From Octopus vulgaris (taxonomy: Eukaryota), in the NCBI GenBank assembly GCA_951406725.2, contig OX597818.1, positions 33,852,001 through 33,916,000 on the forward strand: a stretch of DNA of 64,000 nucleotides. The letters run 5' to 3'. The translations under genes were made by a program, and so were the position numbers. Every line of letters starts with the position of its first letter. Positions within the stretch are counted from its first letter, which is position 1. Of this stretch, positions 40,415 to 54,360 are shown piece by piece. The notes beneath the pieces were generated by a model. That model searched no databases and was not told where the DNA came from. It saw only the letters and a program-made list of their open reading frames with translations.

Positions 40415-40830
40415 TATACAAAAATGGGACAAGAACGGAAAACATCCGGACAGTTAGGGGAAACAAAAAAAGGGAAAACAAAATATCCAGACAGACGATA
40501 CAAGGAAAACAAGAACGGATCATTCGGAATTTTCTATCCTCAGTCGAGTTTCAGATTATCTTTGAAATTTCGGATAGTTATACAACAGATTGCTCCAATC
40601 TGCCCAGCACCAAGGAAAAATAAGCTAAGAGCATTACAATCCTTGGAAGAAAGCAGCGAATATATATGAAAACAAGGATGAAAAAAAAAAACAGAAATGT
40701 TACACAATTACAAATAACAGGACACAACAACAATTGTCTTTTGACTAAGGACGAATCAAATTAATCTGGCGTGTGTGGAAGTAAATCCTTACGGCAGGGA
40801 CATAAGGTTTAACAAGCAGAAAAAGGAGTA
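40415..40830 (-). mobile_element. PLE-style non-coding repeat, homologous to 54960-55080
   Basis: Reverse complement of 40480-40580 aligns with 54960-55056. Contains an internal sub-duplication and a CTGAGGA...GAAT hammerhead-like remnant. Confidence 0.5.
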
Positions 40831-40850
40831 TAGATATTCTATTTTTTTTC

Positions 40851-41171
40851 TTTTATTCTTTTACTTGTTTCAGCAATTTGACTGTGGCCATGCTGGATCA
40901 CCGCCTTTAATCGAGCAAACCACCCCCAGGACTTGTTATTCGTAAGCCTAGTACTTATTCTATCACTTTTTTTGCCGAACCGCTAAGTTACGTGGACGTA
41001 AACACAGCAGCATCGGTTGTCAAGCGATGTTGGGGGAGGGACAAACACAGACACACATGCATATACATATACATACGTATACATATATACATATATACGA
41101 CGTGCTTCTTTCAGTTTCGGTCTACCAAATCCACTCACAGCCTCTCCTTATCACACAGCCTCTCCTACGCC
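40851..41171 (-). mobile_element. SINE family A with internal deletion
   Basis: The 3' body and extreme 5' end are present; the CORE-like block is missing. Confidence 0.8.
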
Positions 41172-41299
41172 TATATATATGTGTATGTGTGTATGTATGT
41201 ATGTATGTATGTATGTATGCATGTATGTATGTATGTATGCATGCATGTATGCATGCATGTATGTATGCATGCATGCATGCATGTACGTACGTATGTATG

Positions 41300-41331
<32 letters not shown>

Positions 41332-41375
41332 TGTATGTATGTATGTATGTATGTATGTATATATGTATGTATGTA

Positions 41376-41903
41376 GTTCAATACGGAGCAAATAATTCAG
41401 GAGGAAATATTCGTGACGATATTACTTAGTATGTCCTTTGATTAATTTTAATCTTTCAGCTATTTAAAGTTCTTTTCGGCCTGCAATCGTCTATACTATT
41501 GATTCTGTTACTATCATTTTTAATTGTTTCAGTAGATAATAACAAGAGTCAATAATATCTTCGCAAATATTTCCTCCACAATTATTTGCTCCGTATTGAA
41601 ATTATTTTCACACTGGTGGCTGCCATGATTCGGCGCAAAACAAATCAGATGCAGTTGAGGCTATCCATCATAGTAACGCGTGCTGAGGAAGGTGAGGCAA
41701 TCATACCAGTCCAGAAACCGGTCCACGTGATTCCGAATATCTGAATGTATGCTGAGAAGCTGTCAGCCCGGTTGCCTACGGACGGTTGATTTCTGTAGTT
41801 ATTATCAGTGTAATTCTGGCGATTTGAATAAGAGTTTTGACTGTTATTTCCTGCAGGTAGACATACATAGTATATCCTTTGATTAATTTTAATCCTTCAG
41901 CTA
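41376..41903 (+). mobile_element. PLE/retrozyme-like element with 50-bp inverted repeat, 36-bp direct repeat and hammerhead
   Basis: IR 41377-41424 / 41553-41600. DR tagtat.tcctttgattaattttaatc.ttcagcta at 41427 and 41868. Confidence 0.65.
41677..41729 (+). ncRNA. Minimal type I hammerhead ribozyme motif
   Basis: cgcgtg-CTGAGGA-[weak stem II]-GAAA-CCGG-TC-cacgtg. 6-bp stem I, palindromic loop III, GUC site. Confidence 0.7.
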
Positions 41904-41929
41904 AATATATAAGTGCTGAAAAAGGATTT

Positions 41930-42330
41930 ACAGACTTTGGAACTCACAGAGGGGATGACAGAGGACCTGGACTGTTGACGGTTTGCTGTACTTGAAAATA
42001 CACGTAAAACTAAGTGGAAGCTTTGTTATCCTTGCATACAGGCTTGTTCCTTGCATCCATCTCCAGCTGAGCATTTTTCATTTTGCGGCTTCGTTGTTGC
42101 TGGTGCCACGTAAAGAGCACCCATACAGGTTCAATATAAATGCATTCGTGCCATTGCTGCGTAAAAGCACCCTGTGCGCTCTGTAAAGTGGTTGGCGTTA
42201 GGCAGGGCATACCAGTTTTAGAAACCATGCCAAAATAGACAAATGGAGCCTGGGTAGCTCTTCAGCTGGTCAGTTCCAGTCAAACCCATACCAGCAGATA
42301 AAAAACGGACGTTAAATCATGATGATGGTG
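41930..42330 (+). mobile_element. RTE-like LINE 3' end
   Basis: taaagtggttggcgttaggcagggcataccag...aaacggacgttaaatcatgatgatg, resembling RTE 3' UTR motifs with a (GAT)n tail. Confidence 0.6.
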
Positions 42331-42461
42331 ATGTGAGAGCGTATACTCATGACATTCCTAGAGCTCATGCGCGTGAACGTACATGTATGTGTGTGTGTAT
42401 GTGTAACAACACGGGTAACTATGGCAGATGGTTTGACGTATATATATATATATATATATAT

Positions 42462-42752
42462 GGAGGCGCAATTGCCCAGTGGTTAGGGCAGTGGACTTGC
42501 GGTCGTAGGATCGTGGTTTCGATTCCCAGACCGGGCGTTGTGAGTGTTTATTGAGCGAAAACACTTTAAAAAAAGCTCTACGAGGCTCCGGCAGTGGGGG
42601 TTGATCCCTGCTGTACTCTTTCACCACTCTTTCTTTCACTCATTCTTCTGTTGGCCTGCTCGCTTAGCCAGCGGGGTAGCGTCATTCGAAGGCTAAAACA
42701 ATGCGAACGCGTGGTCTGGTCGGTCACGTGATGATGATGATGATGATGATGA

Positions 42753-42755
<3 letters not shown>
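42462..42755 (+). mobile_element. tRNA-derived SINE family C, full head
   Basis: A-box tgcccagtggttaggg, B-box ggtttcgattccc, (GAT)n tail. The same tail occurs reversed at ~61195-61310. Confidence 0.8.
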
Positions 42756-42811
<56 letters not shown>

Positions 42812-43244
42812 AGTACATTTTTCGTAGAATTCTTTATGCTGTACAATGTAATAGCCTATAGCAGCAAAATTTGCATAGTCCTTCTCAAACACTAAGAAAC
42901 AGAGAATGTAGTGCTAGATATATTATGCCTGAAAATCTCCGAGATTGTTTTCTAATAGTTTTTCATTCAATCTTTACTAGAGTCTTCTGTGAAATGGACT
43001 CCAAGAATGCAAAATTATTCTCAAAATAAATTTGCTCTTCGAAATAGAAATATGTCAGCAACGCTATGTGAGTATACTTGTAAATTGTACGAAGACAATG
43101 GATGTGGAAGTATGAAAACCCTAGACGAGAGAGAGAAAGAGAAAAAACGAAATATCCCCTTACACCTATGGGCGCAGATGCTCTCGTGATGGTATAGTTA
43201 AGAAATTTGCACCTAAACTATCTGGTTTCGGCATCATTCTTCCT

Positions 43245-43420
43245 GCGTTTTACCTACGTTCTGAGTTCAAATTCCCCCGAAGTCGACTTTGCCATTCATC
43301 CTTTCGAGGTCGATTAAATAAATACCAGTTAATCACTGGGGTCGATGTAATCGACTTAATAGCCTTATCTGTCCTTGTTTGTCCTCTCTATGTCTAGCCA
43401 CCTGTGGGCAATAAAGAAAT
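43245..43420 (+). mobile_element. SINE family B (5'-degraded)
   Basis: acgttctgagttcaaattcc...aataaagaaata. Confidence 0.8.
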
Positions 43421-44542
43421 AAATATCTAGGCCTGATTAAACAGATGTTGTAAGTGAAATTTAGTACATGCAGACTGTAGAAAACCCATTGGAAGAACCG
43501 AGATTGAGTTGGTGATAGTTTAAGATAAATAGGTGGGTAGGTAGGTAGATTAAAAGACTGACTTAAAACAGACAATCAGGCAGGCAAGCAGGCAGACAAA
43601 CAGATGAAGGGACAAGCAGACAGAGAGGCAGGCATAATGACAGACAAATAGGCAGAAAGGCAGCAGGCAGTCAGGCAGACAGATAGAAGTCCCAAAATAA
43701 TTTTCTTCACTCATTTTCCTACAACGACACGCCATCTTCCAGTGCATCACTGTGATTCCATTATTAATACGGTTGTGGCTCCTACATTAAAGACGAACTT
43801 TTGCTGGGAGTGTCTTTGATAAACATGTCCGAGGTTTGCTCCGTGTTAGCTAAAATCAGATTAATTTAACATCAATTCCAGTGCTGAGGTTTCAGTTTTT
43901 CATCATTGCAAGTTTATTTCCAGTTTTAATTAATTAATATTTGGGATTTTTCGAACCTGTTTCTGATTATTTGATTTTTATGGGTTGCTGGACCTCCCTG
44001 TCAATGTTTACATATCCTCAATGCAAAGAAAGTCTTGATTAGATTTTGTCTTCTGCATTGTATTAGCGCAGACTTCTCTTTACTGAGGTACATATATTTG
44101 TTTGTATGGTGTAAGGGAATTGATGAAAAATTATATTATTAGATTAACTGGAAATTAGATTATCTCTAAATTATCAGCTGAATAATTTAGAGTCAATCTA
44201 AAGAGTTCCAAGGGTTTTAAGATGAAATTATTGCAAATGAGGTTGTTTTTGCTGTTTTATCACTTTGCCAAGAATACTGTCGACATTAATGTATTTGTTT
44301 CTCATTCCTTATCAGCAAACTTTAAATTTAATGAGAATTGTCGTCAATACGTTTGTTCAACAATCAGGAAATACTTTGATCGGGTTATCTAGGATTAGTT
44401 CGGATGGTGCCAATAGCTTAATGTACAAAGCCTAAAAGATTTTTTAATTACAGTAAAAGTGCGTGTATTATGCACTAACATGTATAATACACAGCCATGC
44501 ATAACAGTCTACCATAGCAGTAAGAAACTTTAGGAAGATCTA

Positions 44543-45108
44543 TTGGGTTGTCAGGAAAGTTCGTGCCGATTTATAGTAGCTTACCTTTCGACTTATTTTA
44601 GAACATGGTTGTGTCCATAAAATAGGATTTGACTACACCTCCATTTAGAGCACAGTTTAAGCTATTTTTTCGTGGAAGAAAGTTGATGTTCCTATAACCT
44701 GTGTTAATTCTGTAACCCTTTAAAATGGACGATAAGAAAGCTCATTTTCGGCACTTGATGCTTTGGGAACCAGACAAAAATTGCTGCAGCTCGGCTGGGA
44801 TGTGTTTCCTCACCCTCCATAGTCACCAGATATTGCTCCTTCGGATTTCCACTTATTCAGGTCTCTGCAGAATATTCTTAAGAGTAAAAATTTCACTTCC
44901 TTGGATGACGTAAAAAGATACCTTGATAAATTCTTTGCCATGAAACCACCTCAATTCTGGGAAGAGGGTATTTTCAAGTTAAAGGAAAGATGGAGACACA
45001 TTGTGCAACAAAATGGTTCATATTTGGTTGATTAAAAATGTAATGGCAAGTATTTATTGACCTTTTTCTTTCCTTTAAAAGTCGGCCCTAACTTTCCGGA
45101 CAACCCAA
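44543..45108 (+). mobile_element. Internally deleted mariner (DD34D) element with both TIRs and TA TSD
   Basis: TIRs ttgggttgtcaggaaagttcgtgccga and tcggccctaactttccggacaacccaa. MDDKKAHFRHLMLWE is fused to LGWDVFPHPP*SPDIAPSDFHLFRSLQN...GIFKLKERW. Confidence 0.93.
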
Positions 45109-46132
45109 TAAACAGCAGATCTTCACAGAACAATGTTAGAACGTTTCTTTTTGTTTGTTTGTTTTCTTAATATAAATGAGTAGGGAAAAAAATTTACAAT
45201 TGAACACTTATTATACGCATCCTATTCATATCCCTACTAGTGGTTTGGAATTTCGGCACAAAGCCAGCAATTTCGCGGAGTGTGGGGAGTTAAGTATTTA
45301 GTCTCTTAACTCCTTAAACTCTAAGGGAACCGTGTCGCATCGAAGTCATGACTTGTGGATAGCCTTCTACTACCCCATTTTCTACCATTTGTGTTTTAAA
45401 CTAGACCTTTCTTCGGGGTCAAATTCGTACAATTGCTTCACAATTGTACGTAGGAACAAATTATACCTTCATCTTGACTAGATCCAGTGAAAACCCTTTT
45501 CAGGTGCTTGTTATTGGCATTATAGTTCTGTGCTTCTTTTTCCCCAAAACTGAGAGTCGCTTCATGAGATCGTACGTAGATTTTAATCCAAACCCCTTCA
45601 CTGTCACCTCCATGGCATGTTGGATGGAAACCAGATTCTCTTAAACTGATGGCGAAACTGACATATTTTTTCACTTTGGTTTCATCTGGCACAGTGAATT
45701 CGATCAGAATAAATTGTTTCGATGAAAGCGAGTGGAGTATAATATCCGATCGCGTTCCACTCTTGATTTCTGAATAAATGTTCCCTTTTTTACTATCTAC
45801 TGTGCTTTCCTGGGAATCCTCTCCATCCAGCAGATTCCGCTTCCATGATTCGATTGAAACAGCTTTTCCGGGTTATAATTTGTTCGACCCCTTGCGCGTA
45901 ATACATTGATGGAGCTTCTGATCGCTAGGACATTCCTCTCTCAATACAAATTGCACATACGATGCCTTTAACTACTCGATTGTCCCACCATGTGTACCTC
46001 CCTTGGGTTAGTAAGTGCACATTTCGATTTTGAGATCTTAAGCTTTCTTTAAAAACCCTTACAATACAATATGTAACGCAGAACTGCCACCGACAAAAGC
46101 AAATAATCTACTTTAATCCAATGTACCAATTA

Positions 46133-46503
46133 GAGTAGAACTTCGTAGTACGAATGCTCCATTGTACGAGTAATTTGCTGTACGAGCCCAGACTCGTGCA
46201 AATTTTTGTCTTGAAGTATGAGCACACAAGTATGTAATTCAGTATGTAGTGTAATTCAGTTAATAAAACCAGTTTACATATTTCTTTTGCATTCTCTTTT
46301 CTATAATTATCATTTTACTTGTAAGTACACCCTTTTCTGTTTTAAAACACATAAAAAATTAATTTTGAGTGATTCTGGGAGGCTGGAACGGATTAATAAT
46401 ACTTTAGTTAATTTCAATGTGGAAAATCGATTCATAAAACAAGTAAATCGTAAAACGAGCTCGGTCATGGAACGAATTAAACTCGTACTGCGAGGTATCA
46501 CTG
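46133..46503. mobile_element. Tigger/pogo-like MITE
   Basis: TA-gagtagaacttcgtagtacga ... tcgtactgcgaggtatcactg-TA, with sub-terminal tacgag/aacgag repeats. Confidence 0.7.
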
Positions 46504-46571
46504 TATTTTATATTAGTTTTGAATGCTTTCCTGTAATAATTTGTATTTTTTTCTTAATATTCGTGCGTAGG

Positions 46572-47080
46572 AAGGCGGCAAGCTGGCGGAATCGTTAGCA
46601 CGCCGGGCGAAGTGCTTAGCGGAATTTCGTCTGTCTTTACGTTCTGAGTTCAAATTTCACGTAGGTCGACTTTGCCTTTCATCTTTCGGGGTCGATAAAA
46701 TTAAGTACCAGTTGCATACTGGGGGCGCTCTCATCGACTGGCCCGCTCCCGAAAAGTTTCGGGCCTTGTGCCTAGAGTAGAAAAGAATATTTGTGCGCAG
46801 GGAAAAACTTTTCCTTTACAGGTGAACTCTCTTTACTACACGCATTCTATTAATATCCCCAATAACGGTTTCGAATTTTGTCACAAGGCCAGCAAGTTCA
46901 AGAGAATGTTAAGTTGATTGCATCTACCGTAGTGCTCAACTGGAACTTATTTCGTTGACTCCGAAAGGGAGAAAAGTAAAGACGACCTCAGCAGGATTCG
47001 AACTCAGAATGTAAAAACAGGCGAGATGCCGATAAGCATTTTGCCCGGTGTGCTAACGATTTTGTCTGCTCACCGCCTTG
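46572..47080. mobile_element. Convergent pair of SINE family B copies (46572-46790 +, 46865-47080 -)
   Basis: Family B core in opposite orientations about 75 bp apart. Confidence 0.8.
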
Positions 47081-47403
47081 TTTAATATGTTGGTTTTGGT
47101 GAAAAAATGTGCGAGTATAAATGGCGTTCTACTGTAATTTGATAATAACTTTAATGATTAATTATAACACAGCCAAGAGTGACAACTGCGAATTTTAAAT
47201 TTATACTAATTAAGCGCAGGCATGCAGCGAGAAGCGTGTATTATACACGTCAGGTACAGATGCGTCTTTTACATTGTCAGCATTCTTCTGCGAAGCATAG
47301 TGCTTACAGGTACTTACCAAACTTATAATAACTGGGTACTTTGCCCATTATTTTAAGTTATCATATCCCCCAGTGTTCATACCTTCCTCTAATATATATA
47401 CAT

Positions 47404-47484
47404 ATATAATATAATATAATATAATATAATATAATATAATATAATATAATATAATATAATATAATATAATATAATATAATATAA
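47404..47484. repeat. Pure (ATAAT)n pentanucleotide repeat
   Basis: Direct reading. Confidence 0.95.
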
Positions 47485-47766
47485 TTAAGATTTCGTTGAA
47501 TTAGCTAGTTAAATTGAGGCACCTTGCTAGGTCAGTATAATCCACACACCCAAACAATATTAATTGAATATTGAATACCAAGACTCTGTGCAGGGGTGTC
47601 TCTACCTAATATTCCTACCGTGTGAGCAGACAGGCAACTCAGCTTAGTGAAGAAATCTGTTCTTGGTATTTCAGACATGTACTTTTTATAAAGGTATTTT
47701 TATAGTATTTCCGAAGTGTAGATTCAAAGTTAGGTGAATAAAATATAAATGAGTAACAGACATGTA

Positions 47767-48129
47767 CATATATCAATTCATTACGGCCGTTTCAAGCGAC
47801 TCCTTTACTTCATTACTGAAAACATTACATAATTCTACATAAAGTGTAGGTAACTAGGTCACCACTCCTTTTATCCAGACCACCCCACCTCCCACTATTT
47901 CCTCTGCTACTCTCTAAATTATAGTAGACTTGATGAGGTATGCAGTATTTTTTAAACACATTCTGCTACAGATATGACAAAAGAATTCCATTATTGATGT
48001 GAATATGTTAAGAAAATTGCTTGAAGTCTGAACGGTCATCTGACTAGAACGGTGTCTTTCCAATGACGTAATGTTTCCATTAATCAATTAAAGGTATCGC
48101 TTGAAACGGCCGTAATGAATTGACACCTG
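47767..48129. mobile_element. Tc1/mariner-type MITE with TA TSD
   Basis: The TIR core tcaattcattacggccgtttcaagcga is perfectly inverted at the other end; TA on both sides. Confidence 0.88.
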
Positions 48130-48177
48130 TACAATTTGGTGCTCATTTATATGTTTGTGCGCGTGTGTGTGTGTTCT

Positions 48178-48630
48178 CTTATTCTTTTAAACGTGTCAGT
48201 CATCTGACTTCAACCATGCTGGAGCACCGCTTTTTCTCGAAGAAATTGACCCCAGGACTTGTTCTTTGTAAGCCTAGTACCTATTCAATCGGTCTCTTTG
48301 CCGAACCACTAAGTTTCGGGGACATAGATACACCAACATCCGTTGTCAAGTTATATACATATATAAACATATATGTAAGTGTGTGTGTGTGTGTGTGTGT
48401 GTACATTTGTATGTATATAAATATACACACACACAACGGACTTCTTTCACACATACATAAACACACACACATATAAACGACGGGCTGCTTTCAGTTTCCG
48501 TCTACCAAATCCACTCACAAGACTTTGATCGGCTCGAGGCTACAGTAGCAGACACTTGCTCAAGGTGCCACGCTGTGGGACTGAACCCGGAACCATGTGG
48601 TCGGAAAGCAATCTTTTTACACACAGCCGT
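48178..48630 (-). mobile_element. SINE family A
   Basis: Reverse-complement copy with a rearranged internal microsatellite. Confidence 0.85.
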
Positions 48631-49155
48631 GCCCGTTGGTTCATAAACTTTGTATGTGATTTCATTCTGCAGACTACTGAACCTCCAATTTAGCCCGAAA
48701 TACCTTATATGGTATTAAATTCGTTTACATATGGATACTACATAAAATTTAGTCCAATAATTTATCTAGATATCCAGAGTAAATTGCGTTTATTTGGTGC
48801 TGGGAATATGTTGGTGGTGAATTGGCAATATCCCTTAGAGCGTCTGACAATATCCTTTGCGGCCTCGTTTCGATCAGTTCTCGTCGAGTTCAACTTTCCC
48901 TGTCTTCCTTTCAAGTGTAATAAAATGAAATATCTGTCAAGTACTGAAGTCGACGGTACCGGCTAAACCTCACACCTTCTAATTGCGGGCCTTGTGGCTA
49001 AATGAGAAGCCATTACATTAACACCTTAGTGAGATTGCTGCTTTATGGTAGGAGGATGGATTTGAATACTCTACTCAAGTGGAATATATATTTGGTTTCT
49101 GCTTTTTTATAAGTGCATATATATATATATATATATATGCACATACATACATATA

Positions 49156-49311
49156 GGCTTGGCTCTGTGGTAAAAAGCTTGCTTCCCAATCACATGGATC
49201 CGGATTCAGTCCCACTGCGTGGCAGCTTGGGCAAGGGTATTCTGCTATAACCACGGGCCGACCAAAGCCTTGTAAGTGGATTTGGTAGGCGGAAACTGAA
49301 AGAAAGCCGTC

Positions 49312-49348
<37 letters not shown>

Positions 49349-49523
49349 GATGCTTTTATAGGTGTGTTTACGTTCCGTAACATAGCGCTTTGCCAAAAAA
49401 GACTCCGATAGAATAACTACTAGGCTTACAAGGAATAAGTCCTGGGGTCAATTTGTTCGACTAAAAGCGGTACTCCAGCACGGCCGCAGTCAAATGACTG
49501 AAACAGGTATAAGAGTAAAAGAA
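49156..49523 (+). mobile_element. SINE family A
   Basis: Near full-length copy. Confidence 0.85.
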
Positions 49524-49536
49524 TATAGATAGATAG

Positions 49537-49986
49537 GTTTCTTTATTGGCCACACAGGGCTGCACACAGATGGGACTAATTACAAGGTAGAGCTTTTCTT
49601 TTGGGGGATGAAAAAAAAAAGAGGCGTAGGTTTTCGATCAAAAGGGATCGTAAAAGGGAAAAAAGAAAAAAGGGGAAAAAAAGGAAAACAATCAAAAGAA
49701 AAGAAAAAAGAAAAAAGAAGAAAAAAGAGGAAAAAAGGGGAAGAGGAAAAGAAAAAAACGATCAGTAGGGATCGTGTATCACAGTGTCATGATGTACGGT
49801 GTAAAGGGGGAAGCAGATAAGGTTTGTCCGTGGGAAAAATGCCTACGAAAAAGACCACGGTAACCTCGGTCAATATTGTTATATGTTACCACATTTGTTT
49901 GTAAGTGGGTAACCCTCTGTTTTCAATTTCTGGGTTCATAGGATTATGCTCAAGGTGGCTTCGTCATTCATACGTGCCATCCTTGC

Positions 49987-49987
<1 letters not shown>
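49537..49987 (-). mobile_element. 3' end of Tx1/L1-like LINE (same family as 9690-10962) inside a (GATA)n tract
   Basis: 49935-49987 aligns with 9895-9949, and gcctacg.aaaagaccacg.taac is shared. Minus-strand aataaag near the terminus; GATA repeats on both sides. Confidence 0.75.
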
Positions 49988-50076
<89 letters not shown>

Positions 50077-50077
50077 T

Positions 50078-50310
50078 AAGGCGGCGAGCTGGCAGATACG
50101 TTAGTTCGCCAGGCGAAATGCGTAGCCGTATTTCGTCTGCCATTACGCCCTGAGTTCAAATTCCGCCATGGTCGACTTTGCCTTTAATTCTTTCGGGTTC
50201 TATAAATTAAGTACCAGTTGCACACTGTGGGTCGATGTAATCGACTTAATCCGTTTGTCTGTCCTTGTTTGTCCCCTCTATATTTAGCCTCTTGTGGGCA
50301 ATAAAGAATT
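50078..50310 (+). mobile_element. Full-length SINE family B inserted in (GATA)n
   Basis: aaggcggcgagctggcagatacg...aataaagaatt, flanked by GATA repeats. Confidence 0.9.
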
Positions 50311-50343
50311 AAGATAGAAAGATAGATAGACAGATAGATAGAT

Positions 50344-50422
<79 letters not shown>

Positions 50423-50742
50423 GCGTGTACAGGCATTCATTACAGCTTTTCTTGGGCCGGTGCGATATTGGTAATGCTTCTTATTCTTATATATATGACA
50501 ACGAACGAAGTTATTGAATCTAATAAAAACTACTCTTCAGCTATCTTAGATATGGAAGAGAGATAATTTCTAAGTATTTTGGGGTGGGTTTTTTTCTTCT
50601 ATTTCTTGTGTGTCCGTCACACTGAAGCTATCATTCACACGCATGTGCTATTATGCGTGCATTTGTGTGTATATGTGCACACTTTCGTACAGAACTGTGG
50701 GTGCGCTTGAGTGTTTGTATGTATCTGTATGCGTGTATGTGT

Positions 50743-50797
<55 letters not shown>

Positions 50798-50954
50798 CAT
50801 GTACGTGAGTGTATAGGATAAGAAATAAATGGGTGACAGAAACGAAAAGCATCTATGATGACGTGGCACTCTTCCGTTGCTAATGACAAAAACAAAACAA
50901 AAAATAGAGAAAATCACATTTGGAATAACAAGCCGCCACCACCGCCATCACAAT

Positions 50955-51097
<143 letters not shown>

Positions 51098-51571
51098 TTC
51101 CCACTTTTTCCATGCGTCACTGGCTTTTGTGTGACATGTCACTTGGACAGTGTGACAGCAGTGTGAAGTAGCTGAGGGAATCTATTCTATTAGTTGCTGA
51201 TCCGTAACAGAACGAACCCACTCTGGGACATGGAGGAAAAATTTAACTTCTCTCTATGCAATTTGCTTCCATTTTCTCTCCCAACTTTCTCTCTCTCTCC
51301 TTCTCCCCTTCTCCTACTCGTTCTCCCTTTCTCGCTTCCCACAATCTCTTCTCCTCAACACACTGCGTACTTACGCACACATGCATGTATGTATAAGTAT
51401 CTACATATAAACTTATGCATACATGTGTGTGTTGTATATGCGTATGCGTGTACATATAAGTACGTTTAAGTATGTGTTTACATACACACACAGAGTCATA
51501 TATATATATATATACACACATACATATGTATGTATATATATATACAAGTATGTATATTGATATATATATAT

Positions 51572-51608
<37 letters not shown>

Positions 51609-51801
51609 CAAGAATATATATACAGATATGTAAACATATAGCTACATAGACAAATGTGTGAGTTTGTGTATATATCCGTGTACATGTGTGTACATGTGTG
51701 TATATAAATATATGTGTTTGTGTATGTTTGCGTATGTAATCACCCTCGTTTTTCCATTTTCCTACCAAGCTCACTCTTTCACACATGCACGTGGACACAC
51801 A

Positions 51802-51844
<43 letters not shown>

Positions 51845-52002
51845 CACACACATACACACACAACACACACACACACATACATACAAAATACGCGTATATA
51901 CGCCTGATTTTCTGCATATTTGTCTTTCTCGAACTGCCTCCCTCAATTCATCGCAATATGTGCATGTGTTTGTGTGTGTGTGTATGTGTGTTTGTCACTA
52001 TA

Positions 52003-52045
<43 letters not shown>

Positions 52046-52339
52046 GTTTGTGGGGGGAATGTCGTTTTCGTTTTATTATTGTTTGTGTCTTTTTTATTTT
52101 TCGTATTTTAACCAGGATGGAAGATAGTGCGTAAGAACATCTACAAGGCTTCCAAGACAGGGTGGTTGAAAGGAGAAACGAAGGTGTCTTAATGGCAGAA
52201 ACATTGTCCTAAGATTACTTTGGACTCCACTAATGACACCCCAAGGGGACCACACTGTCGTGTTAAACCGTGCAACAGATTGAATCTAACACCAAAGTAG
52301 ACCATGGTGCTATTTGAACTGAGAAAGCTAAGTACAGGT

Positions 52340-52379
<40 letters not shown>

Positions 52380-52418
52380 TGGATAGATAGAGAGAGAGAT
52401 AGATAGAGAGAGAGAGAG

Positions 52419-52485
<67 letters not shown>

Positions 52486-52540
52486 CTGAGATAGAAAGAG
52501 AGAGACAGACAGACAGACAGGATGACAGAAAGATATACAA

Positions 52541-52601
<61 letters not shown>

Positions 52602-52696
52602 CAGAAAGATAGATAGACAGAAAGACAGATAGATATGTTTCATTATTGGCCATATATACGTGTATGTATGTGTATATGTATATATGTGTATTTTTT

Positions 52697-52866
52697 TTGT
52701 TTCAGTCATTTGAATGCGGCCATACTGCAGCACCACCTTTAGTCGAACATCTACCCCAGGGGTTATTCTTTGTAAGCCTAGTACATATTCAATCGGTCTT
52801 TTTGCCGAACCGCTAAGTTACAGAGGACGTAAAAACACCAGCATCGGTTGTTACGCGATGTTGGAG
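52697..52866 (-). mobile_element. SINE family A 3' half
   Basis: tgtttcagtcatttga...ttttgccgaaccgctaagttac. Confidence 0.8.
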
Positions 52867-54360
52867 GAACAAGCATTTTGTCCCACGTCCTCGTGTTGTT
52901 GCTTTTTCTTTCTTGTTCTTGTTTGGATTGACTATATACCGCACGCTCACACGGACCCTGGCCTTCAGACTGACTTTGGAGTAACCAATTCTTGGAATTC
53001 TTATACCGGATTACTGTTCCTGCTCATTCGGATTATGCCACTCAACATTTTGATTGGAATATCAAATTAGGTTGTCGTTATATCATTCATAAATATCTCC
53101 ATAAAGAAGCTGGTGATAGCAAAAAAATTGTGATAATAAAACCGAGATTTCGACACATACGATCCTTAATTACATGTTTCATATTTTAAAGAGACTGAAT
53201 AAACGTCACAATTCTCTAACACACTGATAAATATCTCCATACTTTCGATCGTCTTACTACAAGTATTATTTACCAAATCACATCCTAATGCTAAAAACAG
53301 AATAGAATGGACACATCGAATAGAATGGTCCTAGATACGAAATGACTCAGTCGTGTTGCCTGGACTTTTTTCATCATAGTTCCGCTCGATGACGGCTGAT
53401 TTGAGGCTAAATAATAGCACACCATCTTTTATTCAGTGTAATGAAAAGAAACTAATTCCTGTCTTAATTAGTATTTATTGTTCCAATGCACTAAAGGTGA
53501 ACTTATGAGACGCATCTCAGCAGCGGCATGCAACGGCTTTTTAGACAGCACATGGTGTATTTTGAAAAAAAAGATTTTTTTTATGCAAAAGGTTATAAAA
53601 AGCTCTGTAAATGTGATAAAGAATCTTCAAATTTCGACGTATTAAAAAACTTGAAAAATTACATTTTCAGTGACATCTAGATATACAGTATTTTGTGGTA
53701 CAACCCATAAATTATAACACACAACTGAATGAATTAGCGACTCATCGATAGGCTAGTAATCGATAAGTATTTAATTAAAAGTAAAATATGTGTAATGTAA
53801 CAACCAAGCTGTTGAGGTGATAGTTCAATAATAGATTCTTTTTCTAATTGAAAATCTCGATAAATCTAAGCCGGGTTAAAATATTTCGCCATCATTGTTT
53901 TCGTGAATAACAGATCTGCTAAAGATGTAATATCGTTTGTTGCTGCTGTTGTTATTTTTGTTGTTGTTGCTGTTGTTTTTGTTCTTGCTGCTGCTGTTGT
54001 TCATGTTGCTGTTGTTTTGTTTGTTGTGTTATTTTTGTTCTTCTTATTGTTGTTTAGTTCCGAGTGATCGATGAAGTTGACCTCTGATCAAAGACATTTC
54101 AGCTTCAACCGTTCTGCTTTCCATCCGTCCCTCCCCTCCTAGGCTTTTATTCCTTTGGCTTGGGGTCGATTGGTTGAATTGTTAAAATCTGCTACATAGT
54201 TGTTGCACTTTACTACGGAGTTCAAAATACGCCAGGATCAATTTTTGCCTTTCATCCTTTCCGGGTCAGTAAGTACTAGCCGAATATTGAGGTTTATTTA
54301 ATCAACTATTCACTCCCAAAATTATACGCATCCTATAGTTCATGTATGTATATATCCTCT

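Noticed and set aside
49608-49820. Lys-rich ORF resembling a basic nuclear protein
   Set aside because: Antisense reading of the T-rich 3' UTR of the Tx1-like LINE.
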